Shown: positions 1-9,795 of the stretch, in pieces
Layout: every line of letters starts with the position of its first letter
How positions within the stretch are numbered: the stretch's first letter is position 1
NCBI GenBank assembly: GCA_038328315.1
Contig: JBBQLW010000001.1
Span: 1-51,024 of the forward strand
Length of the DNA: 51,024 nt
DNA from: Actinomycetales bacterium
GTDB taxonomy: Bacteria; Actinomycetota; Actinomycetes; Actinomycetales; Microbacteriaceae
Reading direction: 5' to 3'
The notes under the pieces: model-generated
Told to the model about the DNA's origin: nothing
Database searches by the model: none
Seen by the model: the letters and a program-made list of their open reading frames with translations, nothing else
Program-made: the position numbers and the translations under genes

Positions 1-186
1 GCCGAGTTCATTCGCTACGGCACGAGCTTTCAGGTCAAGGATCTCGGCTCGCTCAACGGCACCTATTTTGACGGCGTCCGAATCGATGTTGCCCTGTTGA
101 GCGACGGCGCGGAAGTGCAGGTCGGCAAGTTCCGGCTCACCTTCTTTTCATCGCGCCACGATCTGTCGCCGGCGGCTGGCGCATAG
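1..186 (+). CDS. FHA-domain protein, GarA/OdhI-like (3' part, truncated by window edge)
   Basis: Frame 1 reads AEFIRYGTSFQVKDLGSLNGTYFDGVRID...GAEVQVGKFRLTF-stop. DLGSLNGT is the FHA signature; position before an Rv1828-like gene matches the garA locus. Confidence 0.85.
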   Translation, partial: AEFIRYGTSFQVKDLGSLNGTYFDGVRIDVALLSDGAEVQVGKFRLTFFSSRHDLSPAAGA

Positions 187-884
187 TGGCCGCCGAATCT
201 GCGCGGTCGCGTTCGACCGCAGGGGCTTCGCTATTGAGCATCGGGCAAGTGCTGGCAAGACTCAACCCGGAGTTTCCAGAACTCACCCCATCCAAGCTTC
301 GTTTTCTCGAGGAACGGCAGTTGGTCTCACCGGCTCGCACCGAGTCCGGCTATCGCAAGTTCTCGCCATCCGACATGGAGCGATTGCGGTTCGTGCTGAC
401 CATGCAACGAGATCACTATTTGCCGTTGAAGGTGATTCGAAGCTATCTGGCTGAGCTCGATGCCGGGCGCAGCCCGGAGCTGCCCGGTGCGGTGCGGAAC
501 GGGGCATCGATATTGTCGGCCGACCGCAAACTCTCTCGCGAAGAACTGATCCGAGAGGCTGGCGCCACTCCGATGCTCTTGGCGGACGCGATCAGTGCCT
601 CGCTCATTGTCGCCGCTGACACCTTTGGTGATGATTCACTCGCGGTCTTAGCAACGCTTGTCGAGTTGCAGCGCACCGGCATCGAGCCGCGCCACCTGCG
701 CGGCTTTCGGGCGGCCGCGGAACGTGAACTTGGCTTGATCGAGAACGCCCTCATGCCGGTCGCACGGCGCAAGGATGCGGCGAGTCGAGCCAGAGTCGCC
801 GAGATGGCGGGCGAGATTGCCGGCCAACTGGAAACTGTTCGCAGCAGTCTCATCCGATCCGCACTCTCGCGGCTCAATTCGTAG
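186..884 (+). CDS. ftsR: MerR-family transcriptional regulator, FtsR/Rv1828-like
   Basis: N-terminal MerR HTH (LSIGQVLARL...SKLRFLEE...PARTESGYRKF, YLPLKVIR); GTG overlaps the FHA stop; synteny. Confidence 0.85.
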   Translation: MAAESARSRSTAGASLLSIGQVLARLNPEFPELTPSKLRFLEERQLVSPARTESGYRKFSPSDMERLRFVLTMQRDHYLPLKVIRSYLAELDAGRSPELPGAVRNGASILSADRKLSREELIREAGATPMLLADAISASLIVAADTFGDDSLAVLATLVELQRTGIEPRHLRGFRAAAERELGLIENALMPVARRKDAASRARVAEMAGEIAGQLETVRSSLIRSALSRLNS

Positions 885-951
885 TACCGTCGAGACAGCG
901 AGAAGACCACCCCAACATTGAGGCGGGCAGCCGCAGGAACGTCAGCCGATC

Positions 952-959
952 CGACACGC
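952..959 (+). promoter_or_regulatory. CGACACGC, candidate WhiA(/WhiB) GACAC site upstream of the McdR-like gene
   Basis: GACAC core 53 bp before a TAGCGT -10 (1005-1010); same 8-mer upstream of ftsZ. Confidence 0.5.
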
Positions 960-1021
960 CGAAGTGTTTGATCGAATGTGGCAGGTTGCTGTGGCGGCCG
1001 TGGGTAGCGTTGGGTCGAATC

Positions 1022-1053
1022 AACTGTCAGTGTCAACGTCAGCATGAAGGTTT
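1022..1053 (+). promoter_or_regulatory. Candidate FtsR-type operator AACT-N7-TCAA-N4-AGC-ATGA-AG-GTTT
   Basis: Aligns without gaps to the box at 31808-31839 upstream of ftsZ. Confidence 0.55.
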
Positions 1054-1091
1054 ATGTCGGCGTCGTAACGAGCCATACGAGGGGCAAGGCG

Positions 1092-1640
1092 ATGAGCGAA
1101 CTCAGCCGCAGCGATGACGCTCGCTACGATCGCGGGTTGTTGTTCACCGATGGCATGCCCGATCTCGATGATTCTGCAGGCTATCGCGGTGCTGTTGCCG
1201 CTCGCGCGGCGGGCATCAGCTACCGCCAGCTGGACTACTGGGCCCGCACCGGCCTCGTCGAACCAACGGTTCGTGGAGCCGCCGGATCAGGCTCGCAGCG
1301 ACTGTACGGTTTTCGCGACATCCTCGTGCTCAAGCTCGTCAAGCGACTGCTCGACACCGGCATCTCGCTCCAGCAGATTCGGGTTGCCGTCAACCAATTG
1401 CGCGAATCCGGGATCAACGACCTGGCCCAGACCACCCTCATGAGTGACGGGGCGAGTGTCTACCTGTGTACGTCGAATGACGAAGTCATCGACCTCGTCA
1501 GTCGCGGTCAAGGTGTGTTCGGAATCGCCGTCGGCAAGGTGCTGCGCGAGGTCGAAACAAGCCTCACGGACATCGAGTCAGTGAAGGGCGAAGACCCCAT
1601 GGACGAGCTGGCCAAGCGCCGGTCTGTTCGAGCTTCGTAG
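1092..1640 (+). CDS. MerR-family regulator, Rv1830/McdR-like
   Basis: GYRGAVAARAAGISYRQLDYWARTGLVEPTVRGAAGSGSQRLY...DTGISLQQIR...GQGVFGIAV; ATG 1092 follows GAGGGG (ORF track start 1044 is probably too early). Confidence 0.88.
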   Translation: MSELSRSDDARYDRGLLFTDGMPDLDDSAGYRGAVAARAAGISYRQLDYWARTGLVEPTVRGAAGSGSQRLYGFRDILVLKLVKRLLDTGISLQQIRVAVNQLRESGINDLAQTTLMSDGASVYLCTSNDEVIDLVSRGQGVFGIAVGKVLREVETSLTDIESVKGEDPMDELAKRRSVRAS

Positions 1641-1669
1641 GGACGCTGCGAGCTTCCTGCAAGCGACCG

Positions 1670-2479
1670 CTATGCGCTCTCGTCCGTGAACGGACCGATC
1701 CTCGCTGCACGCATAACCCGCTCGAGCAACTGGTCGAAGTTCCGAGCCATCTCTTGTGCGCTCTCACCGGGCCAGACGTGCAACGGCTTCGCGGCGCCCT
1801 GAGCTTGCTGCAGCGAGGTGCGTTCGGGCAAGTGCGGGCTGAGCACGAGCGGGCCGAACATGTCACGCAATTCCTTGATGCGATACTGGTGCTCGAGCGA
1901 CTGCACCCGGAGTCGATTCACGATGATTCCGAGCGGCTGCAGACGCGGTGAGAGCCCACGTCGAATTTCCTCGATCGCCCGCAACGCACGATCAGCCGCG
2001 GCAACCGAGAACAGACCGGGCTCGGTCACAACCGTCACCCTGTCGCTTGCTGCCCACGCCGTGCGAGTGAGGGCATTGAGCGATGGAGCGCAATCGACGA
2101 GCACAAGGTCGTACTCGGACTCAACGTTCGCGAGCGCTTCTTCAAGCTTCCAGATGTCGCGGATGCTCGGATGCGGCCCGTCAAAATTGATGGCGGAAGG
2201 CGAGCCGATCAGGACGTCGACTTTGCCAGGGCGACCGCGCGTCCAGCCGCTCGGCGCAATCGCGGCTCGAACGATTTTCTCTTTGGGCGACGCGAGAACG
2301 TCGGCGACATTGAGATGGCCGGTCGTGTCGATGTCCATGCCGGTCGAGACATCCGACTGCGGATCAAGATCCACGACGAGGGTCCGCAGGCCGCGAGCGA
2401 ATGAAGCAGATGCCAGACCGAGCGTCACGGTGGTTTTGCCCACGCCTCCCTTGAGGGAACTGACGCTGAGTACATGCAC
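1670..2479 (-). CDS. ParA-family ATPase (no adjacent parB)
   Basis: Deviant Walker A SLKGGVGKTT, VDLDPQ, VDCAPSL; GTG 2479 preceded by a TATCGT -10 (leaderless-like). Confidence 0.88.
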   Translation of the reverse strand: MHVLSVSSLKGGVGKTTVTLGLASASFARGLRTLVVDLDPQSDVSTGMDIDTTGHLNVADVLASPKEKIVRAAIAPSGWTRGRPGKVDVLIGSPSAINFDGPHPSIRDIWKLEEALANVESEYDLVLVDCAPSLNALTRTAWAASDRVTVVTEPGLFSVAAADRALRAIEEIRRGLSPRLQPLGIIVNRLRVQSLEHQYRIKELRDMFGPLVLSPHLPERTSLQQAQGAAKPLHVWPGESAQEMARNFDQLLERVMRAARIGPFTDESA

Positions 2480-2600
2480 GAGTAACGACGATACCTTCAC
2501 TGGATTGAAACAACCTAAAGGACCGCTGCGACGGAGGCAGCTGCGAGGTCAAGCGCGAGACTTCGGTGACCATAAGATTGCGTCAATCAGAAAGGTCCGG

Positions 2601-5600
2601 ATGTTCAAGAAGATCCTCGTCGCCAACCGAGGCGAGATCGCCATTCGGGCGTTCCGGGCCGCATTTGAGCTTGGCGCAAAGACCGTTGCTGTGTTCCCAT
2701 ACGAGGATCGCAACTCCATGCATCGCCTGAAGGCTGATGAGGCCTATCAAATTGGCGAGAAGGGTCATCCGGTTCGCGCCTACCTTGACGTTGCGGAGAT
2801 CATCCGTGTCGCAAAGGAGTGCGGCGCAGACGCGATTTACCCCGGCTACGGTTTTCTCTCTGAAAACCCTGAACTCTCTCGTGCCGCGGCTGAGGCGGGC
2901 ATCACGTTCATCGGTCCGCCGAGCACCGTGCTCGAGATGGCTGGCAACAAGGTCACAGCGAAAGAGCATGCCATCGCCGCAGGCGTGCCGGTCCTGAGGT
3001 CGACACCGGCATCACGCGACATCGAAGAGCTGCTCGCTGGCGCAGAACACATCGGGTTCCCGGTGTTCGCAAAAGCGGTCGCCGGTGGGGGAGGCCGCGG
3101 CATGCGGCGCGTGGAGCGAGCTGAGGATCTGCGAGACGCACTCGAGGCAGCTATGCGCGAGGCAGACAGTGCATTCGGTGACCCGACCATGTTCATTGAG
3201 CAGGCGGTCGTTCGGCCGAGGCACATTGAAGTGCAAATTCTTGCGGATGCCCATGGCGAGACTGTGCACCTATTCGAACGCGACTGCTCGGTTCAGCGAC
3301 GTCACCAAAAAGTCATCGAGATCGCTCCCGCGCCAAACCTTGACGAGAACACTCGGCAGGCGATGTATCGGGATGCGATCGCCTTCGCTCGCTCGATTGG
3401 CTACGTCAATGCTGGCACTGTCGAGTTTCTGCTCGATACCGCTGGAGAGCATCTTGGCGAGCATGTCTTCATCGAGATGAACCCGCGCATTCAGGTCGAG
3501 CACACCGTCACAGAAGAGATCACCGACGTCGACCTCGTGCAGTCGCAAATGCGTATCGCCTTCGGCCAAAGCCTTGCCGAGCTCGGGTTGCTGCAGCCAG
3601 ACATCCAGATGCGAGGAGCGGCGCTGCAGTGCCGGATTACGACGGAAGACCCTGCCGCAGGATTCCGGCCGGACACCGGCAAGATTACGACGTACCGATC
3701 GCCGGGTGGCGCTGGCATCCGCCTCGACGGTGGAACCGTTAGCGCTGGCGCGCAGATCTCGCCGTACTTCGATTCGATGCTGGTCAAGATGACCAGTCGT
3801 GGCCGAGACTTCGCTTCGGCGGTTCGCCGTTCCCGCCGCGGGCTCGCCGAGTTTCGCCTCCGTGGCGTCACCACCAACATCCCGTTCCTGCAAGCGGTGC
3901 TCGATGATCCTGACTTCATTGCCGGTGACCTCAGCACCGCGTTCATCGAGGAGCGCCCGCACCTTCTCAACTCCCATCGCTCGAAGGACCGCGGAACCAA
4001 AGTTCTTAACTGGCTCGCCGAAGTGACGGTCAATCACCCCAACGGCGATGGTGCCGGACTCATCAATCCGAGCCTGAAGCTGCCAATCGTCGACCTCGAA
4101 CTACCAGCCCCCGCTGGTTCCAGGCAGCGTCTGCTCGAACTTGGGCCGGTGCAGTTCGCGGCAGCCCTTCGCGCGCAGACTGCGCTTGCCGTCACCGACA
4201 CCACCTTCCGAGATGCGCACCAGTCGCTCTTGGCGACTCGGGTGCGCACGCGCGATCTCGCGACGGTGCTCCCGCACGTCGCTCGCCTGACGCCTGAGCT
4301 GTTCTCGGTCGAGGCTTGGGGAGGCGCGACCTACGACGTCGCGCTCCGCTTTCTGTCAGAGGACCCGTGGGAACGACTTTCGACGATGCGCGAGGCGCTG
4401 CCGACGATCGCGATCCAGATGCTGCTGCGCGGTCGCAATACGGTCGGGTACACGCCGTACCCGGCCGAAGTCACGAACGCGTTCGTGCAGGAGGCGGCCT
4501 CGAGCGGTGTTGATATCTTCCGCATCTTCGATGCCCTGAATGACGTGAACCAGATGCGTCCCGCGATTGATGCGGTGCTCGAAACTGGAACCACCGTCGC
4601 CGAGGTCGGACTCTGCTACACCGCTGACCTGCTGGATCCCGCCGAGTCGCTTTACACGCTCGACTATTACTTGCGCCTTGCGGAGGAGATCGTCGCTTCG
4701 GGTGCCCACATCATCGCCATCAAAGACATGGCAGGACTCTTGCGTGCAGAAGCGGCGGCAACCCTCGTCGCGGGCTTGCGCTCGCGGTTCGATCTGCCAG
4801 TTCATGTGCACACCCATGACACCGCTGGCGGCCAGCTAGCCACCCTGATGGCTGCTTCGCGTGCTGGTGCCGACGCGGTGGATGTCGCGAGCGCGCCGAT
4901 GGCGGGAACCACGAGTCAGCCATCCATGTCTGCCCTCGTCGCGGCCCTCGCTCACACCGAGCGCGACACCGGTCTCTCGCTGCAGGCGGTCTCGGATCTC
5001 GAGCCGTACTGGGAAGCCGTGCGTCACGTCTACCGGCCGTTCGAGTCCGGTCTGCCGGGGCCGACCGGGCGCGTGTACAAGCACGAGATCCCCGGCGGGC
5101 AATTATCAAACCTGCGGCAGCAGGCGATCTCACTTGGCCTCGCCGATCAGTTCGAAAAGGTCGAAGACTGGTACGCCGCTGCAAACCGGATTCTCGGGCG
5201 GCCGCCGAAAGTCACGCCATCGTCCAAGGTCGTCGGTGATCTGGCCTTGGCCCTCGCCGCTGCCAATGCCGATCCAGATGACTTCGAGCAGAACCCGCAG
5301 AAGTACGATATTCCGGCGTCGGTCATCGGCTTCATGGCTGGCGAGCTCGGTGAACTGCCCGGTGGTTGGCCAGAGCCGTTCCGCTCAAAGGTTCTCGCTG
5401 GTCGTGACGTGAAGATTGACGTAGAGCCGATCACTGTGGAGGATCAGGCTGGCCTCGATGGTGAGTCTACGGTTCGTCGCGCTACCCTCAACCGACTATT
5501 GTTCCCCGGTCCGACAGCAATCTTCGAGCAGTCACGAGAGACGTACGGCGACCTGTCGGTGCTCGAGACAACCGACTACCTCTACGGCTTGCGGCAGGGC

Positions 5601-6005
5601 ACAGAGCACATCATCGAGATGGCGAAGGGGGTCAGCATCTTCGTTGGACTCGAGGCAATCGGTGAGGCCGACGACAAAGGCATCCGCACCGTCATGGCGA
5701 CCCTCAACGGTCAGTTGCGACCGGTCTTCGTTCGTGATCTGAGCATCGCCGTCGATTCAAAAACCGCCGAGAAGGCGGATGCCACCAAACCGGGCCACAT
5801 CGCAGCCCCGTTCTCTGGAGTCGTTACGCTCCAGGTAGAGGCTGGCGTTGTCGTCGAGGCTGGACAGACTGTCGCCTCGATTGAGGCGATGAAGATGGAG
5901 GCGGCGATTACCACCTCGGTGAGTGGGACGGTCGCACGATTGGCGATTCCGAAGACGCAACAGGTGGATGCTGGCGACCTCATCGTGGTGGTCGAACCGA
6001 GCTAG
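2601..6005 (+). CDS. pyc: Pyruvate carboxylase
   Basis: MFKKILVANRGEIAIR biotin carboxylase start, DTTFRDAHQSLLATR carboxyltransferase, EAMKME biotin site; GAAAGG RBS. Confidence 0.97.
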   Translation: MFKKILVANRGEIAIRAFRAAFELGAKTVAVFPYEDRNSMHRLKADEAYQIGEKGHPVRAYLDVAEIIRVAKECGADAIYPGYGFLSENPELSRAAAEAGITFIGPPSTVLEMAGNKVTAKEHAIAAGVPVLRSTPASRDIEELLAGAEHIGFPVFAKAVAGGGGRGMRRVERAEDLRDALEAAMREADSAFGDPTMFIEQAVVRPRHIEVQILADAHGETVHLFERDCSVQRRHQKVIEIAPAPNLDENTRQAMYRDAIAFARSIGYVNAGTVEFLLDTAGEHLGEHVFIEMNPRIQVEHTVTEEITDVDLVQSQMRIAFGQSLAELGLLQPDIQMRGAALQCRITTEDPAAGFRPDTGKITTYRSPGGAGIRLDGGTVSAGAQISPYFDSMLVKMTSRGRDFASAVRRSRRGLAEFRLRGVTTNIPFLQAVLDDPDFIAGDLSTAFIEERPHLLNSHRSKDRGTKVLNWLAEVTVNHPNGDGAGLINPSLKLPIVDLELPAPAGSRQRLLELGPVQFAAALRAQTALAVTDTTFRDAHQSLLATRVRTRDLATVLPHVARLTPELFSVEAWGGATYDVALRFLSEDPWERLSTMREALPTIAIQMLLRGRNTVGYTPYPAEVTNAFVQEAASSGVDIFRIFDALNDVNQMRPAIDAVLETGTTVAEVGLCYTADLLDPAESLYTLDYYLRLAEEIVASGAHIIAIKDMAGLLRAEAAATLVAGLRSRFDLPVHVHTHDTAGGQLATLMAASRAGADAVDVASAPMAGTTSQPSMSALVAALAHTERDTGLSLQAVSDLEPYWEAVRHVYRPFESGLPGPTGRVYKHEIPGGQLSNLRQQAISLGLADQFEKVEDWYAAANRILGRPPKVTPSSKVVGDLALALAAANADPDDFEQNPQKYDIPASVIGFMAGELGELPGGWPEPFRSKVLAGRDVKIDVEPITVEDQAGLDGESTVRRATLNRLLFPGPTAIFEQSRETYGDLSVLETTDYLYGLRQGTEHIIEMAKGVSIFVGLEAIGEADDKGIRTVMATLNGQLRPVFVRDLSIAVDSKTAEKADATKPGHIAAPFSGVVTLQVEAGVVVEAGQTVASIEAMKMEAAITTSVSGTVARLAIPKTQQVDAGDLIVVVEPS

Positions 6006-6078
6006 TAGCGACTATCGAGCGTCTCTCAGTCGACTTCGCGATAAACTAGCCGTTTGTGTTCGCGAAGGGAGATCTACA

Positions 6079-7329
6079 GTGGTCGCGAAAAGCAAGAGTG
6101 CTGAAGTAGAAGCACTGACGGAGAGCCTGACCTTCACGGTCGATCTGCCCGCTCAGGTGCGCGAGGCCCCGGAACACGAGACAGCGGTGGCAATCCCCGA
6201 ACTCGCGGGCGATCCAGGCGACATCGTGCCATCCAGGGGCCAGAACACCACGACGATTACCGTGGCATCCGAGTCGGTCGCCGTGTTGCCTGAGGAGGAA
6301 GAGGCAGCGCCCATTCCCGAACTGCCCGAATCTGACATCGTCTACACGCGACGCGGTAAGAAGTCTCGCGCGGTGTCATCGACTCCAGAATCGGCAGCAA
6401 TGTTGACGGCAGATCGGCTGATCGAACCCCGAAGCCGTCGCAAGCCTGCTCCAGAGGGCTTCCTCCAGCGATTGCTGTACGACGCGACGTTCCGTCTCAT
6501 CAACATTGGCGACTCGTATCGCGTTCGCGAGCGAAAGGCCCTCGACGCTCGCATCGGCAAGCACTTCGACGGTGGAACCCGATTCGTGGCAGTGCTTTCA
6601 CGCAAGGGCGGGGTTGGCAAGACGACAATCACGACCATTCTCGGGATGGCAATGGCCAAGGTGCGAGAAGACCGAGTGATTGCGATCGACGCGAATCCCG
6701 ATCGAGGCACTCTGGCCGAGCGCGTCACGCGACAGAACACGGCGACCGTGCGGGATGTTGTCGCCCACGCGAAGGAGATCGGCACCTTCAGCAAGTTTCA
6801 GGAGCACATCACGCGTGACACCACCCGGCTGCACATTCTGGCCTCTGACACTGACCCGCTGGTTTCCGAGGCGTTCGACGAAGCCGGCTACAACGTCGTT
6901 GCCGACATGGCTGAGCGCTTCTATTCGGTTGCCATCACCGACTGCGGAACGGGCGTCGTGCATTCCGTCATGAAGGCGACCCTTGAGCGTGCTGACTCGG
7001 TCGTCATCGTGTCAGGTGGCAGTGTTGACGAGGCGCGCCTCGCATCCGAAACCCTTACCTGGCTCGAATCCAATGGCTACGGCCACCTTGTCGAGAACGC
7101 GATTGTTGCACTCAACACCTCGACGCAAGGCACGAACCTCGTCAAGCTCGAGGAGATCGAGGCGCACTTCCAGTCCCGCGTTCGAGACATCGCTCGAATT
7201 CCATACGACGCGCATTTAGCGACAGGCGCGCTTATCGACTTCGACGAGATCGCCCCACTCACCAAGAGCGCCGCGCGCGACCTTGCAGCCCTCGTGATCG
7301 ATGGCATCCCTGAATTGCCAGCTGACTGA
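6079..7329 (+). CDS. MinD/ParA-like ATPase with long disordered N-terminus (Rv0530/EspI-like)
   Basis: SRKGGVGKTT, AIDANPDRGTL, ITDCGTG, RIPYDAHLATG; GAAGGGAG RBS before GTG. Confidence 0.82.
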   Translation: MVAKSKSAEVEALTESLTFTVDLPAQVREAPEHETAVAIPELAGDPGDIVPSRGQNTTTITVASESVAVLPEEEEAAPIPELPESDIVYTRRGKKSRAVSSTPESAAMLTADRLIEPRSRRKPAPEGFLQRLLYDATFRLINIGDSYRVRERKALDARIGKHFDGGTRFVAVLSRKGGVGKTTITTILGMAMAKVREDRVIAIDANPDRGTLAERVTRQNTATVRDVVAHAKEIGTFSKFQEHITRDTTRLHILASDTDPLVSEAFDEAGYNVVADMAERFYSVAITDCGTGVVHSVMKATLERADSVVIVSGGSVDEARLASETLTWLESNGYGHLVENAIVALNTSTQGTNLVKLEEIEAHFQSRVRDIARIPYDAHLATGALIDFDEIAPLTKSAARDLAALVIDGIPELPAD

Positions 7330-7332
7330 ACC

Positions 7333-7824
7333 GTGGCCGAACGAACCATCCGTCTCTTTGGCGATCCCGTTCTTCGCTCGGTGTGTGACCCGATTCGTCT
7401 CAGCGATGCTCGAGCAGCCGGTCTGATCACCGACCTGCTGGATACTGTGCGCATCCCGGGACGCGCGGGTGTTGCAGCGAATCAGATCGGCGTTGGACTG
7501 CGGGCGTTCAGCTACAACATCGACGGCGATATGGGCTATATCGTCAACCCCGTGCTTGCTGACGTGAGCGGCGAGGCGGAACTCGTGGATGAGGGGTGTC
7601 TGTCGGTACCGGGCTTCTACTTTCCACGTCTGCGGTACCCGTTCGCGCGCGCAACCGGTATTGACCTCGACGGAAACCCGCTCGAATTAGCGGGAACCGG
7701 TCTTTTGGCTCAGGCGATTCAGCACGAGATCGACCATCTCGACGGTCACTTGTTTATCGAGGGACTCGAGCCCGAGACGAAGCGCGAAGCAATGAAGCTC
7801 ATTCGCTCGGCGCCGTGGTACTGA
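7333..7824 (+). CDS. def: Peptide deformylase
   Basis: Motifs AGVAANQIG, EGCLSVPG, QHEIDHLDG. Confidence 0.95.
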   Translation: MAERTIRLFGDPVLRSVCDPIRLSDARAAGLITDLLDTVRIPGRAGVAANQIGVGLRAFSYNIDGDMGYIVNPVLADVSGEAELVDEGCLSVPGFYFPRLRYPFARATGIDLDGNPLELAGTGLLAQAIQHEIDHLDGHLFIEGLEPETKREAMKLIRSAPWY

Positions 7825-7860
7825 CCTCCCCGCCGAGCGAATTGCAAGTGAGCTTGGCCG

Positions 7861-9687
7861 CTACGACGTAATGCTGGTGCCTTGCGTTTGCGGAGCACCG
7901 ATGTAGAGGCCCTCGATGACATCGGCAAAGTCCACGAGAATCACGCTGCGCTTGATGCTCAACTTGGGAGTCAAGTGGCCGCTCGTCTCGGTCAGTTCGA
8001 TGTCAAGGATGTGGAACTTGCGAATCGACTCGGCGCGCGAGACTGTCGCGTTCGCGGCATCCACAGCCCTTTGGATCTCTGCGATGACAGCCGGGTGGTT
8101 CGCCGCCTCGGTTACGCTGAGCGTTTCGTCGTGTCCGTTGTTCTTGAGCCAGGCCGGGAGCATCTCCTCATCGAGCGTGATGAGCGCAGAAATGTACGGC
8201 TTCTGGTCGCCGACGACGATGACCTGACCGATGATTGGATTGGCGCGAATCGGATCCTCGAGGCCGGCCGGGGCGACGTTCTTGCCGCCAGCGGTGACGA
8301 TGATCTCCTTTTTGCGACCGGTGATTTCCAAGTAGCCGTCTGCATCGAACCGGCCGATGTCGCCGGTCTTGTACCACTCACCGTCGAATGCTTCCTTGGT
8401 AGCTTCCTCGTTGTTCCAGTAGCCGGCGAACACACAGATGCCCTTGACCTGGATCTCGCCGTCCTCTGCAATGCGAACTGCGACACCCGGAAGTGGCGGT
8501 CCAACCTTGCCGATCTTGAACATCGACGGCAGGTTGATCGAGACGGGCGCCGTTGTCTCGGTGAGGCCGTAGCCCTCGAGAATCGTGAGGCCGAGACTCC
8601 GGTAGAAGTGCCCGAGCCGCAAGCCGAGCGGAGCGGAGCCAGACACGGCGTACTTGACGCGACCGCCGAGTGCCGCGCGGATCTTCGACAGCACGAGCCG
8701 ATCAAAGAGCGCGAACTGTAGCTTGAGCCCCAACGGCACGTTTCCGGCATCGATGGCCTTCGAGTGCGCGATGGCGACATCGGCAGCCCGCCGGAAAATC
8801 TTGCCCCTCCCACCGGCTTCGGCCTTTTGCTCTGAAGAGTTGTAGACCTTCTCGAACACTCGCGGCACTGCGAGAAGGAAGCTCGGCTGGTACGAGGCCA
8901 TCGATGGGAGCAGAAGCTTGGTGTCTGGCTGGTGTCCGACCTTCACGCCACCGTGCACCGCGAGCACCGAGATGAAGCGGGCGAAGATGTGGGCGAGTGT
9001 GATGAAGAGCAAGGTGCTCGAGTCCGGGTTGACGACCTCTGGCACTGCCTTCTGCGCGTTTCTGGTGAGTTCGACGAAGTTGGAGTGCGTGATGATGCAC
9101 CCCTTCGGCCTACCGGTCGTTCCCGAGGTATAGATAAGGGTCGCGAGGTCGGAACCCTTTGCGATGCTACGGCGACGCTCAATCTCCTCGTCCGCAACCC
9201 CGGTTCCTGCGGCCGCGAGCTTGTCAAGGTCACCGAGGTCAATCTGCCAGACATCGCGGACGGCTGGAACATCCGCTCGAATCTCGTCGAATCGTGAGTA
9301 GTGATCCGCGTTCTCGGTGATGATCGCGGTCGCACCGGAGTCGGTCAGGTTCCACAGAATTTGGGTGGGGGCCGAGGTCTCGTAGATCGGCACGAGCACC
9401 GCACCGGCAAACCAGGTCGCGAAGTCGATGAGCGTCCACTCGTAGCGGGTCTTCGCCATCAGGCCGATCTTGTCACCCGGTTCAACGCCGGCCGCGACCA
9501 AGCCTTTGGCCAGCGCGATAACCTGGCGGAGGAATTCAGCGCTCGTGACGTCGCTCCAGCCGCCATCAGCCGTCGGGATGGCGAACAGCGCACGATCTGG
9601 AGTGGCAGCAACCCGATCAATCAGCAGATCCGTGGTGTTTGCCTCCGGATCGGCGGCGACCATTGCGGGAACTTCGAACTCTTTCAC
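7861..9687 (-). CDS. Long-chain acyl-CoA synthetase (FadD15-like AMP-dependent ligase)
   Basis: IYTSGTTGRPKG, GYGLTET, YKTGDIG, TPKLSIKR; GAAGGAG RBS before GTG 9687. Confidence 0.9.
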   Translation of the reverse strand: MKEFEVPAMVAADPEANTTDLLIDRVAATPDRALFAIPTADGGWSDVTSAEFLRQVIALAKGLVAAGVEPGDKIGLMAKTRYEWTLIDFATWFAGAVLVPIYETSAPTQILWNLTDSGATAIITENADHYSRFDEIRADVPAVRDVWQIDLGDLDKLAAAGTGVADEEIERRRSIAKGSDLATLIYTSGTTGRPKGCIITHSNFVELTRNAQKAVPEVVNPDSSTLLFITLAHIFARFISVLAVHGGVKVGHQPDTKLLLPSMASYQPSFLLAVPRVFEKVYNSSEQKAEAGGRGKIFRRAADVAIAHSKAIDAGNVPLGLKLQFALFDRLVLSKIRAALGGRVKYAVSGSAPLGLRLGHFYRSLGLTILEGYGLTETTAPVSINLPSMFKIGKVGPPLPGVAVRIAEDGEIQVKGICVFAGYWNNEEATKEAFDGEWYKTGDIGRFDADGYLEITGRKKEIIVTAGGKNVAPAGLEDPIRANPIIGQVIVVGDQKPYISALITLDEEMLPAWLKNNGHDETLSVTEAANHPAVIAEIQRAVDAANATVSRAESIRKFHILDIELTETSGHLTPKLSIKRSVILVDFADVIEGLYIGAPQTQGTSITS

Positions 9688-9795
9688 GGTTACTCCTTCG
9701 GCACCCGTTGGGGATGTGCTCAGTGTAGCTCCGGCGGTTATTCGGTGCGATGGCGCTTTCGGAGGGTCGCGCTGTCCCAACTACACTGAGTGACC

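Noticed and set aside
885-1091. Absence of the Rv1829-like nuclease between the MerR genes, and of pgeF after ftsZ
   Set aside because: I believe these are ordinary lineage-level losses; no remnant is visible
1818-2600. 261-aa N-terminal extension of pyc in the ORF track
   Set aside because: It is antisense to the parA gene; the canonical MFKKILVANRG start with an RBS is at 2601
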